Shown: piece by piece, positions 51,486 through 59,783 of the stretch | Layout: every line of letters begins with the position of its first letter | Numbering within the stretch: the stretch's first letter is position 1 | Assembly: GCA_963828735.1 (NCBI GenBank) | Contig: CAWHFW010000002.1 | Location: forward strand, 800,001 to 864,000 | DNA: 64,000 bases | Direction of reading: 5' to 3' | Source: an uncultured Gemmatimonadales bacterium | GTDB taxonomy: Bacteria; Gemmatimonadota; Gemmatimonadetes; Gemmatimonadales; GWC2-71-9 | The notes under the pieces: generated by a model | Databases searched by the model: none | Seen by the model: only the letters and a program-made list of their open reading frames with translations | Told to the model about the DNA's origin: nothing | Position numbers and translations under genes: made by a program

Positions 51486-53885
51486 TCATTCCTCGCGGAG
51501 GGCGTCGACGGGGTCGGCGAGCGACGCCTTGCGGGCCGGCAGGTAGCTGGCCACCAGCGCTACGGCGGAGAGGAAGACGGCGACCGCCAGGTACGTCGCC
51601 GGGTCGGTGCTCGCGACTCCGTAGAGCAGCCCGCGAAGCACTCGGCTCGCGACGGCCGCGCCGCCCAATCCCAGGGCCAGCCCCGCGAGCACGGGAGCCA
51701 TGCCCTGCCGCAGCACCAGCCGGAGCACGTCCTCTGCCCGGGCCCCCAGCGCCATGCGGATCCCGAGCTCGCGGGTGCGCTGAATCATGCTGTAGGCAAT
51801 GACGCCGTAGATTCCGAGGGCGGCCAGCATCAGCGCACTGGCGGCGAAGCCGGCCAGCAGCAGCGCGTTCACGCGAGGACGCGCGAGTGTGTCGGCCACC
51901 CGGTCGTCCATTGTCGCGACCCGGCCGAGGGCGAGGCTCGGATCCACCGCGGCCAGGGCCTGCTTGACGGCGGGGGCGAGGGCGAGCGGATCGCCCGCCG
52001 TGCGAAGCACGACGAGCATCGATCGGCTCGAGAGCTGCGCGAAGGGAACGTAGATCTGCGGATAGGCGGGGCTCATCGCGCCGTCCTGCCGAACGTCGCC
52101 GACGACGCCGACGATGGTCATCCACACCGAGGTCGAGTCCGCGGGGTCGCCGAAAGTGATGCGGGCGCCGACGGGATCGCCGCTGGGCCAATAGCGCCGG
52201 GCCAACGCCTCGCTGACGAGCGCGACTGGCGCCGCGTCGCCCCGATCCGCCGCCTCGAACCAGCGGCCGCGAACCAGCGGCAGCTTGAACGCCCGGAAGT
52301 AGTCGGGCGTGGCCCGGTAGATGACCGCGTCCTGAACCACCTCGGGCGGCGGCTGGTCGACGCCGGCCACCGAGAACGACCAGTAGGGCGGACCGTCGCC
52401 GATCGGGGCGTCGGATCCGACCGCCGCCACCGCCACTCCCGGCAGTGGTCGGACACGATCGAGCAGCGCGTCGGCGAACGCGACCTGCCGCTCGGGATCG
52501 TCGTAGCGTGAGCGGGGCAAGGTCACCCGCGCGGTGAGCACGCCGTGCGAGGTGAATCCTGGATCGGTGCGCTGCAGGCGCACGAAGCTGGTGAGCAGCA
52601 GCGCCGCGCCCACCAGCAGCACCGACGCCAGGGCCACTTCCGCGAGCACCAGCGCCGAGCGAGTGCGCCCGGCCGATCGGGGCCCCGCGAGTGTCCGGCC
52701 GCCTTCCGTCAGGCCGGCCCGAAGGTCGTATCGAAGGATCCGCATCGCGGGCACCACACCGAACAGGAGCCCGGTCGCGAGCGACAAGGCCAGCGCGAAG
52801 GCCAGCGCCCCGCCGTTCACCTCGATCTCGTCCAGGCGCGGCAGGGCTCCCGGGGCGAGCGCCCGGAACCCGCTGACGCCCCACACTGCCACGGCGAGCC
52901 CCAGGGCGCCGCCGGCGAGCGCCAACAGCACGCTCTCGGTCAGCAGCTGGCGGACCAGCCGCCGCCGCGAGGCGCCCAGCGCAGCCCGAATGGTCACCTC
53001 GCGCTCCCGCGATGCGACCCGAGCGAGCATGAGGTTGGCGACATTGGCGCAGGCAATGAGAAGCACGAGCCCCACCGCGCCCATGAACACGAGGAGCGAA
53101 GGGCGGACCTCGCCCACGATGCGCTCCTGCAGGCCGACGAGGTTGATGCCCCAGCCGGCGTTCGAGTTCGGATACTCGCGCTCCAGCCGGCGGGCGATCG
53201 TGGTCATCTCGTCCTCGGCGTGCCGGAGATCCACCCCCGGCGCGAGCCGTCCGATGACCTGGAGAAAATCGTTCCGGCGCCCCTGGACGGTATCGGTCGT
53301 GAGCGGCGCCCACACGTCCACCGGATCGGGCAGTGCCGGCCCGACTGCACCCACCCCGACGATCGTGTAGGGCTGCCCGCCCAGGATGATGCGGCGTCCG
53401 ATGGCGTCCGCTCGCCCGCCGAACTCCCGCTGCCAGTACCCGTCGCTCAGGACCGCCACGCGCCCCGCGCCCGACCGCTCCTCCTCCTGGCGGAAGTCCC
53501 GTCCGACCGGGACCCGCGCGCCGAGGACGCGAAAGTAGTTCACCGTCACGAGCGCGCCGTTGACCACCTCGGGCTCGCCCGTTCCGGTGACCGTGAACTG
53601 GGTGTTGGCCCACGCCATCATCCCGCTGAACGACCGCGCGTCCCGTCGCCAGTCGAGAAAGTCCGGCAGCGAGGCGGATTCGCGTCCGATTGAAGGGTGA
53701 AAGCCCCAGATCGTGACCAGGCGGTCGGGCTCGGGGTACGGCAGCGGCCGGAGCAGCACGCTGTTCACCGCGCTGAAGATGGCCGTGTTGGCACCGATCC
53801 CCAGGGCAAGCGTGAGGACCGCCGTGAGCGTGAAGACCGGGTGATGGCGGAGCGAGCGCAGCGCGTAGCGAATGTCCTGGAGCAC
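51486..53885 (-). CDS. ADOP-family ABC permease (2 of 7)
   Basis: Same motifs; GTG start after GGGAGG; ends ALREE. Confidence 0.93.
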   Translation of the reverse strand: MLQDIRYALRSLRHHPVFTLTAVLTLALGIGANTAIFSAVNSVLLRPLPYPEPDRLVTIWGFHPSIGRESASLPDFLDWRRDARSFSGMMAWANTQFTVTGTGEPEVVNGALVTVNYFRVLGARVPVGRDFRQEEERSGAGRVAVLSDGYWQREFGGRADAIGRRIILGGQPYTIVGVGAVGPALPDPVDVWAPLTTDTVQGRRNDFLQVIGRLAPGVDLRHAEDEMTTIARRLEREYPNSNAGWGINLVGLQERIVGEVRPSLLVFMGAVGLVLLIACANVANLMLARVASREREVTIRAALGASRRRLVRQLLTESVLLALAGGALGLAVAVWGVSGFRALAPGALPRLDEIEVNGGALAFALALSLATGLLFGVVPAMRILRYDLRAGLTEGGRTLAGPRSAGRTRSALVLAEVALASVLLVGAALLLTSFVRLQRTDPGFTSHGVLTARVTLPRSRYDDPERQVAFADALLDRVRPLPGVAVAAVGSDAPIGDGPPYWSFSVAGVDQPPPEVVQDAVIYRATPDYFRAFKLPLVRGRWFEAADRGDAAPVALVSEALARRYWPSGDPVGARITFGDPADSTSVWMTIVGVVGDVRQDGAMSPAYPQIYVPFAQLSSRSMLVVLRTAGDPLALAPAVKQALAAVDPSLALGRVATMDDRVADTLARPRVNALLLAGFAASALMLAALGIYGVIAYSMIQRTRELGIRMALGARAEDVLRLVLRQGMAPVLAGLALGLGGAAVASRVLRGLLYGVASTDPATYLAVAVFLSAVALVASYLPARKASLADPVDALREE

Positions 53886-53894
53886 GTCGCCTCC

Positions 53895-56309
53895 CTATTC
53901 GGACCGGAGAGCAACCGCCGGGTCGACGCGGGTCGCACGCCGGGCGGGTATGTAGCTGGCGACGACGCCGACCCCGACCAGCAGGGCCACGATTCCGGCG
54001 AAGACCGCGGGATCCGTGGCGCTCACCTCGTACAACAGCGCCCTCAGGACCCGGCTGAGCGCTGCCGCGCCGATCACGCCGACCACCACCCCGGCGCCCA
54101 CCAGCACCAGGCCGCGCCGCAGCACCCCCCGAAGCACGCGCGTCCGACTCGCGCCGAGCGCGAGCTGGATACCGAACTCGCGGGTCCGCTGCAGCACGGT
54201 GTAGGCGATGACGCCATACAGGCCGACGGCGGTGAGCACCAGCGCGACTACGGCGAAACCAGCCAGGAGCGTCGTGCTGAAGCGCCGCCGCGCCAGCGCG
54301 TCCCCGAGATAGCTCTCGAGCGGCCGCACGTCTGCCACAGCCAGGTCCGGGTCGAGCGCCTGCACCTCGCGCGGAAGTGCTGCCGCGAGCGGGCGAAGAT
54401 CGCCCTGGGCCCGCACCACCAGGTGCATGCCGCTCCAGGGGAACTGGGCCAGCGACCAGTAGATGGTGGGATTCGCGGCTGAGTCCACGCCGGCATGCTT
54501 CACGTCGCCCACCACCCCGACGATCGTGCCGACCAGTGTGTCGTTCCAGGGCATGAAGATCCGCTGGCCGATAGCGGACTGGCCGGGGAAGTAGTCGCGC
54601 ACGAAGCGCTCGTTCACGACGACTGCCTTGGGGTGGCGGGCGTCGTCGGCCGCGGCGATGCCACGCCCGGCTCGGAGGGCAATGCCCATGGCCCGGAAGT
54701 AGTTGGGATCCACCACGCTGATGTCCGCCGTCGGCTGTTCGGCATCGGTCGGGATGGGCCGCCCGCCGAACCAGAAGTCGGTCGCGGACCGGAGCCCGGA
54801 CAGCGGCAGCCAATTGATGGCGCCCGCGGCGCGCACGCCGGGGAGCGCGTCGAGGCGCGTGAGCAGCGCCTCGAAGAAGGCGGCCTGGCGCGCGGGCTCC
54901 GGATAGCGGGCCTCCGGGAGCGTCACGCGCCCGGTCAGCACCTGCTCGGGTTCGAATCCCAGGTCCACCCGCTGCAGCCGAGCGAAGCTCTTGAGCAGCA
55001 GGCCGGCACCCACGAGGAGCACGAGGGCGAGCGCGACCTGGCCCGTCACCAAGGCGGCGCGCGTGCGCCTCCCGCCTCCCGACACTCCGCGGCCCCCCTG
55101 TTTGAGCGCCTCATGCAGCTCGGGGCGCGCGGCCTGAAGGGCCGGGGCCGTTCCGAACAGCAGGCCCGCGACAACCGAGAGCAGCAGTGTGAAGCCGAGT
55201 GCGGGAAGGTCGACCGCGACTTCGCCCAGGCGCGGAACGGCCGTGGTCGCGCTCGCGACCAGCGCGTCGGTGAGCCACAGGGCGAGGAGCGCGCCGGCCA
55301 GGCCACCGGAGAGCGAGAGCAGCAGACTCTCGATGAGAAACTGCCGCATCATCCGTCCGCGTCCCGCGCCCAGTGCGGCGCGCACGGCGATCTCGCGGCG
55401 CCTGACCGTGGCCTGGGCCAGCTGCAGGTTGGCGACATTGGCGCAGGCAATGAGCAGCACCAGCCCGACGACGCCTGCCAACACCAGGAGCGGCCGCCGG
55501 AGGGAGCCCGTCACCTCATCGGTGAGCAGCGCGACGTTGGCGGACCACCCGCCGTTGAAGCCGGGATGCGCCGCTTCGAGGCGCCCCGCGATGGTGCGGA
55601 GGTCCGCTTGCGCCGCGGCAAGCGTCACGTGGGGCTTGAGGCGGGCCACGGTGGTGAGGTATCGGCCGGCCGTGGTGCGGTAGTCCTGCGCAGGATCGAG
55701 GGCGAGCGGAATCCACAGGTCAGGCAAGCGGGGTTGACCGGCGAGCCCCGCGCCCTCCGGCAGGACGCCCACGATGGTGTAGGGATGGTCATTCACCCGC
55801 ACCACCTGTCCGACCGCGTCCCGGGCGCCGCCGAATCGGCGCTGCCACAGGCCGTAGCTGATCACGGCCACGTTGGCGCCCGGTGCGTCCTCTTCGGCTG
55901 TATAGGTCCGGCCCAGAAGAGGCGTGAGACCGAGCACCCTGAACAGATCGGCGCTGGCGAGCTCAGCCGGCACTTCCGCCGGCTCGCCGTGCCCGGTGAG
56001 GTTGACGCCCTGATCGTAGATGGCCGCCGCCCCATCGAGGACACGACTTTGCGCGCGCCAGTCCAGGAAGTTCGCGGGTGAGACGGTGTTTCGGTCGGCG
56101 GCGTCGCCCTTGGCCGCCTCGAAGAGCATGACCAGCCGCTCGGGGGCCGGATACGGAAGCGGCCGCACCAGCACCGCATTGATCACCGTGAAGATGGCGG
56201 TGTTCGCACCGATGCCGAGCGCCAGGCAGGCGATCGCGGCGAGCGTGAAGGTGGGGCTCCGTCGCAGTTGCCGGAGCGCGTACCGCAGATCCCAGAACAG
56301 TGCGTCCAT
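53895..56309 (-). CDS. ADOP-family ABC permease (1 of 7)
   Basis: Same motifs; ends ALRSE. Confidence 0.93.
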   Translation of the reverse strand: MDALFWDLRYALRQLRRSPTFTLAAIACLALGIGANTAIFTVINAVLVRPLPYPAPERLVMLFEAAKGDAADRNTVSPANFLDWRAQSRVLDGAAAIYDQGVNLTGHGEPAEVPAELASADLFRVLGLTPLLGRTYTAEEDAPGANVAVISYGLWQRRFGGARDAVGQVVRVNDHPYTIVGVLPEGAGLAGQPRLPDLWIPLALDPAQDYRTTAGRYLTTVARLKPHVTLAAAQADLRTIAGRLEAAHPGFNGGWSANVALLTDEVTGSLRRPLLVLAGVVGLVLLIACANVANLQLAQATVRRREIAVRAALGAGRGRMMRQFLIESLLLSLSGGLAGALLALWLTDALVASATTAVPRLGEVAVDLPALGFTLLLSVVAGLLFGTAPALQAARPELHEALKQGGRGVSGGGRRTRAALVTGQVALALVLLVGAGLLLKSFARLQRVDLGFEPEQVLTGRVTLPEARYPEPARQAAFFEALLTRLDALPGVRAAGAINWLPLSGLRSATDFWFGGRPIPTDAEQPTADISVVDPNYFRAMGIALRAGRGIAAADDARHPKAVVVNERFVRDYFPGQSAIGQRIFMPWNDTLVGTIVGVVGDVKHAGVDSAANPTIYWSLAQFPWSGMHLVVRAQGDLRPLAAALPREVQALDPDLAVADVRPLESYLGDALARRRFSTTLLAGFAVVALVLTAVGLYGVIAYTVLQRTREFGIQLALGASRTRVLRGVLRRGLVLVGAGVVVGVIGAAALSRVLRALLYEVSATDPAVFAGIVALLVGVGVVASYIPARRATRVDPAVALRSE

Positions 56310-56318
56310 CGCCGAATC

Positions 56319-57017
56319 TCAGCTCACGGCGGTGAGCTGCCGCTCCTCAACGACCTTGCCGTCGAACAGGTGGACCGAGCGCTCCGCGTGCCGGGCGTAA
56401 CGAGCGTCGTGGGTCACCATGCAGATGGTCGCGCCGCCCTGATGCAGCTCGCGGAGCAGTTCCATCACGGCCTCGCCGTTCGTGGAGTCCAGGTTGCCGG
56501 TCGGCTCGTCGGCGAGCAGAATGGCGGGGTCGCCCGCCACGGCGCGGGCAACGGCGACGCGTTGCTGCTGACCGCCCGAAAGCTGCGCGGGGAAATGCTT
56601 CATGCGGTGGGACATCCCGACGCGCTCGAGCGCCGCCTGGACGCGCTTCCGGCGCTCGTCGGCCGGCATGCCGCGGTAGGTGAGCGGGAGCTCGACGTTC
56701 TCGTAGACCGTGAGGTCGCCGATCAGGTTGAACGCCTGGAAGATGAATCCGATCTGCCGGTTGCGGACGCGGGCCCGATCCGATGCGGAGAGCCGCGAGA
56801 CCGGCTGCCCATCGAGCGTGTAGTTCCCTTCCGTGGGCGAATCGAGCAGCCCGAGGATCGAGAGCAGCGTCGTCTTCCCGCACCCAGACGGGCCGGCGAT
56901 CGCGACGTATTCGCCCTTGCGGATCTCGAGGTGGATGTCCGACAAGGCGTGCGTCTCCACCTCGTCGGTGTAGAACACCTTCTTGATCCCTTCCAGCGCA
57001 ATCAGCGACTCGCTCAT
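56319..57017 (-). CDS. MacB/LolD-type ABC ATP-binding protein
   Basis: [36 protein letters not shown]. Confidence 0.95.
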   Translation of the reverse strand: MSESLIALEGIKKVFYTDEVETHALSDIHLEIRKGEYVAIAGPSGCGKTTLLSILGLLDSPTEGNYTLDGQPVSRLSASDRARVRNRQIGFIFQAFNLIGDLTVYENVELPLTYRGMPADERRKRVQAALERVGMSHRMKHFPAQLSGGQQQRVAVARAVAGDPAILLADEPTGNLDSTNGEAVMELLRELHQGGATICMVTHDARYARHAERSVHLFDGKVVEERQLTAVS

Positions 57018-57062
57018 GGGTCGTCCTCTACAAATCGTGGACCTGCGTGGGACTGCCGTGTT

Positions 57063-57132
57063 GTCCTCTCGGGCGCAGCGAGGGATCCGACCCGAGAACA
57101 GCGCGCGCGAAACTCACCATCCCTCGCTCCGC
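57063..57132. repeat. Degenerate REP-like palindromic element (same family as 17832)
   Basis: GCGCAGCGAGGGAT (57073-57086) / ATCCCTCGCTCCGC (57119-57132). Confidence 0.65.
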
Positions 57133-57142
57133 ACAAACGTCT

Positions 57143-58390
57143 TCATTCCACCCGCACCCGGTCCACGCCATCCCAGCGGGACATGTCGGAGATGATGACC
57201 TTCTCGCCCTGCTGCAGACCGCCGAGCACCTCGACCGTGTTGACCGAGGTCCGGCCCAGCCGCACCGTGGTGCGCAGGGCTTCCTTGCCATCCGGAGTCA
57301 GCTTGAAGAGGCCCACGGTGCTGCCGGCCTGGCCGAAAGCCGGCCGTCCGACGTGCAGCACGTTGTCCAGCCGCTCGATCTGAATGGTGCCGTCCACGGA
57401 GAGATCCGGCCGGGCGCCTCTCGGCAGCTCGCCTTCCAGCGATACGTCCACGGTCACGGTGCCATTCTGCACGGCGGGGTCGATACGGACGACTTTGCCT
57501 CGCGCGATGCCGTTCCGCGTGTCGATGGCAGCAGGCTGGCCGATGGTGACGTCCTTCGCCTGCGTCTCGGGAATGCGCAACACCGCCTTGAGCCGCCCGG
57601 GCTCCACGATCCGCGCGAGCGTGGCGCCGCTCTGGGCCCACTGCCCCACTTCGAGCGGCAGCTCCTGGAGAATGCCGTTGGCCCCCGCCATCACGACCAT
57701 CGAGTGGACGCGCCCGCGCTGGAACTGGTTCACGTCGCGGAGCCGGTCGACCTGCGCCTGCTGCAGGCTGAGCTGCGAGTCGGCCGCCTGCCGCATGACG
57801 TCGAGGCGCTCCTGCTCGACCTTGTACCGCGTGCCGAGCTCCTCCACCTGATCGCGGGTGCGGCTGGCTTCGTTCGCGGCGATGAGCTGCTTGGCGGCGA
57901 GCGATTCGGCCGCTTCGGCGTTGCGCTTGGCATCGAGGTAGGCGGCGCGCGCCCCGGCGACCTGGGCTTCCTGGGTGAGGCGCTGCGACGCCAGATCGGC
58001 GTGGAGATTCACCTGTTCCGCGCGCGACACCGTGAGCTGACGCTCCGACTCCAGCGCCTCGAGCTGGACGTCAGGGTTGCTCAGCTCGAGCAGCACGGTC
58101 TCCGGCTTTACTTCCTCACCGGCCTCTGCCAGGCGCCGCTCCACCCGCCCTGCCGTCACCGCGGAGATGTACCGGATGCGCTCGGGAACGAGCGTGCCCG
58201 GACCCCGCACCTCGATCACCAGCGGGCCGCGCTGGACGGAGTCGATCCAGACCGCGGCCCGGTCCACGCGCGGCGCCGCCGGCTTGAGGCCGTGCAGGCC
58301 GAGGGTGGCCAGCACGACCGCGAGGATGCCCAGTCCACCGTAGAGAATCTGTTTCCGGCCTCGTTTGGCCGGTGCCCGCGGTATGTCCAC
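57143..58390 (-). CDS. HlyD/MacA-family periplasmic adaptor subunit
   Basis: N-terminal TM, VRGPGTLVPE, coiled-coil hairpin, G.V.RIDPAVQNGTVTVD, GLQQGEKVI.SD. Confidence 0.92.
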   Translation of the reverse strand: MDIPRAPAKRGRKQILYGGLGILAVVLATLGLHGLKPAAPRVDRAAVWIDSVQRGPLVIEVRGPGTLVPERIRYISAVTAGRVERRLAEAGEEVKPETVLLELSNPDVQLEALESERQLTVSRAEQVNLHADLASQRLTQEAQVAGARAAYLDAKRNAEAAESLAAKQLIAANEASRTRDQVEELGTRYKVEQERLDVMRQAADSQLSLQQAQVDRLRDVNQFQRGRVHSMVVMAGANGILQELPLEVGQWAQSGATLARIVEPGRLKAVLRIPETQAKDVTIGQPAAIDTRNGIARGKVVRIDPAVQNGTVTVDVSLEGELPRGARPDLSVDGTIQIERLDNVLHVGRPAFGQAGSTVGLFKLTPDGKEALRTTVRLGRTSVNTVEVLGGLQQGEKVIISDMSRWDGVDRVRVE

Positions 58391-58451
58391 GCCTATTCCT
58401 TATTAAGAGCCGAGTCAGCAGGCCGCACGGCACGACCCGATGCCGCCACAA

Positions 58452-58467
58452 GGAAAGGAGCGTGCCA
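58452..58467 (-). promoter_or_regulatory. Probable sigma-54 (-24/-12) promoter of the adaptor-ADOP operon
   Basis: Minus strand TGGCACGCTCCTTTCC versus consensus TGGCACG-N4-TTGCW (G->T at -13); NtrC regulator in the same unit. Confidence 0.55.
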
Positions 58468-58646
58468 CCCGGTGCCCTTCCCCATGCTTCAATGCGAGAA
58501 CGACTTGCGCGGGGGCTCATCGCGAGGCACACTCCCTCGGTGTGCGGATGCGGAACCCGCGAATCCCAATTTCGAACACCTCGTGTGTTCATGGGTGCAG
58601 GTCGCGACGTCTCCAACCCAACTCCGCCTCCCTCCATTCCAACGAG

Positions 58647-59783
58647 ATGCCGATGGTGATCCCCTCACCGAAGGACCTCCGTTGCCTGGCCCTGGCTGGC
58701 GGCGCACTCGTCGCCCTCGCGTGCGGCCACACCGACCCATTCAGCGTTCCTCCTTACGGTACCAACCAGCCCTTCGACCCTACGCCACCGGTTCGGCTCA
58801 CCCTGAACGTGGGAGCCGACCGTTCGCCGTCCTGGCTGCCGGATGGCTCGGGCATCGTCTACTCCACCCAGCAGCTCGGCCGGCCCGACGCGGACGTGTG
58901 CCTCGCCCAGCTGCCGGCGGGAGGTGGGACGCAGGTGCGCTTGGTCTGCGACCTGAGCCGGCTGGGCGCCGACACGAATAACGCCATCCAGACACCCGCG
59001 CCCTCGGCCGACGGCCGGCTGGCGTTCCTCAAGGCGAGCAGCTCGATCGGCGGCACCAATCCAAGCGCCGAGGCCCTGTCGGTCGCTCCGACGTTGGATG
59101 CGGCGAACGCCGCAGAGGTTCAACGGGTCCCTTTCTTCGTTCCGGGCGAGGCCCAGCAACACACCGGCGTCCAGGCGCTTCGCTGGCTGACACCGGATAG
59201 GCTGGTCTTCGTGGGCGGGCTCGCGATCGTGCGGCAGCTGTGCAAACAGTGCACGGTCGATACGGTCGTCACCGGCCTCAAGGTGGACCTGCTCGACCTG
59301 GCGCATCCCGGCAGCGCGCCGGTCGCGCTCCCGGGTACCGACTTCGCCTCGGGTGTCTCCAGCGGCGGCTCGAGCGACGAGGTCTACTTCACGTTGTCGG
59401 GAGACACGCGCGTCTATCGGCGAGTGATCTCCACCGGCGAAACTCATCTGGCGCACGACTTCGGCGCCGCCGGCGTCGCGCGCGATGTCCACGTCGCCGG
59501 CGGACGCCTCACCGCGATCGTCGGCGGCCGCGTGATTTTCTCGGTAGACCCGAGCCTCGGCCCGGTGCAGTGGGACACGGGCGGCGTGATCCACGTGGTC
59601 AGCCTCAGCTCCGACGAGGACGTGGTCCTGGATCCCGGGGCACGCCTCTTCCGGCGTCCGGCGCTCTCGCCCGACGGGAGTCACATCGTCGCGGAGGGTT
59701 ACGACCTCATCATCACCAACCCGGCGCATCCCGATACGGCCGTGTCGCCCAAGAGCGACCTCTTCCTCTTCACCACACCATGA
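58647..59783 (+). CDS. Lipoprotein with TolB/PD40-like beta-propeller
   Basis: Lipobox ALAC; PSWLPDGS.I.Y, PAPSADG..AF and PALSPDGS.I repeats. Confidence 0.8.
   Translation: MPMVIPSPKDLRCLALAGGALVALACGHTDPFSVPPYGTNQPFDPTPPVRLTLNVGADRSPSWLPDGSGIVYSTQQLGRPDADVCLAQLPAGGGTQVRLVCDLSRLGADTNNAIQTPAPSADGRLAFLKASSSIGGTNPSAEALSVAPTLDAANAAEVQRVPFFVPGEAQQHTGVQALRWLTPDRLVFVGGLAIVRQLCKQCTVDTVVTGLKVDLLDLAHPGSAPVALPGTDFASGVSSGGSSDEVYFTLSGDTRVYRRVISTGETHLAHDFGAAGVARDVHVAGGRLTAIVGGRVIFSVDPSLGPVQWDTGGVIHVVSLSSDEDVVLDPGARLFRRPALSPDGSHIVAEGYDLIITNPAHPDTAVSPKSDLFLFTTP

Noticed and set aside
38499..56309. Permease array as an assembly duplication artefact
   Set aside because: The seven copies differ extensively in protein sequence, indicating old paralogs
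58552..58577. GGAACC upstream of the lipoprotein/TonB genes
   Set aside because: No CRTT at 16-bp spacing
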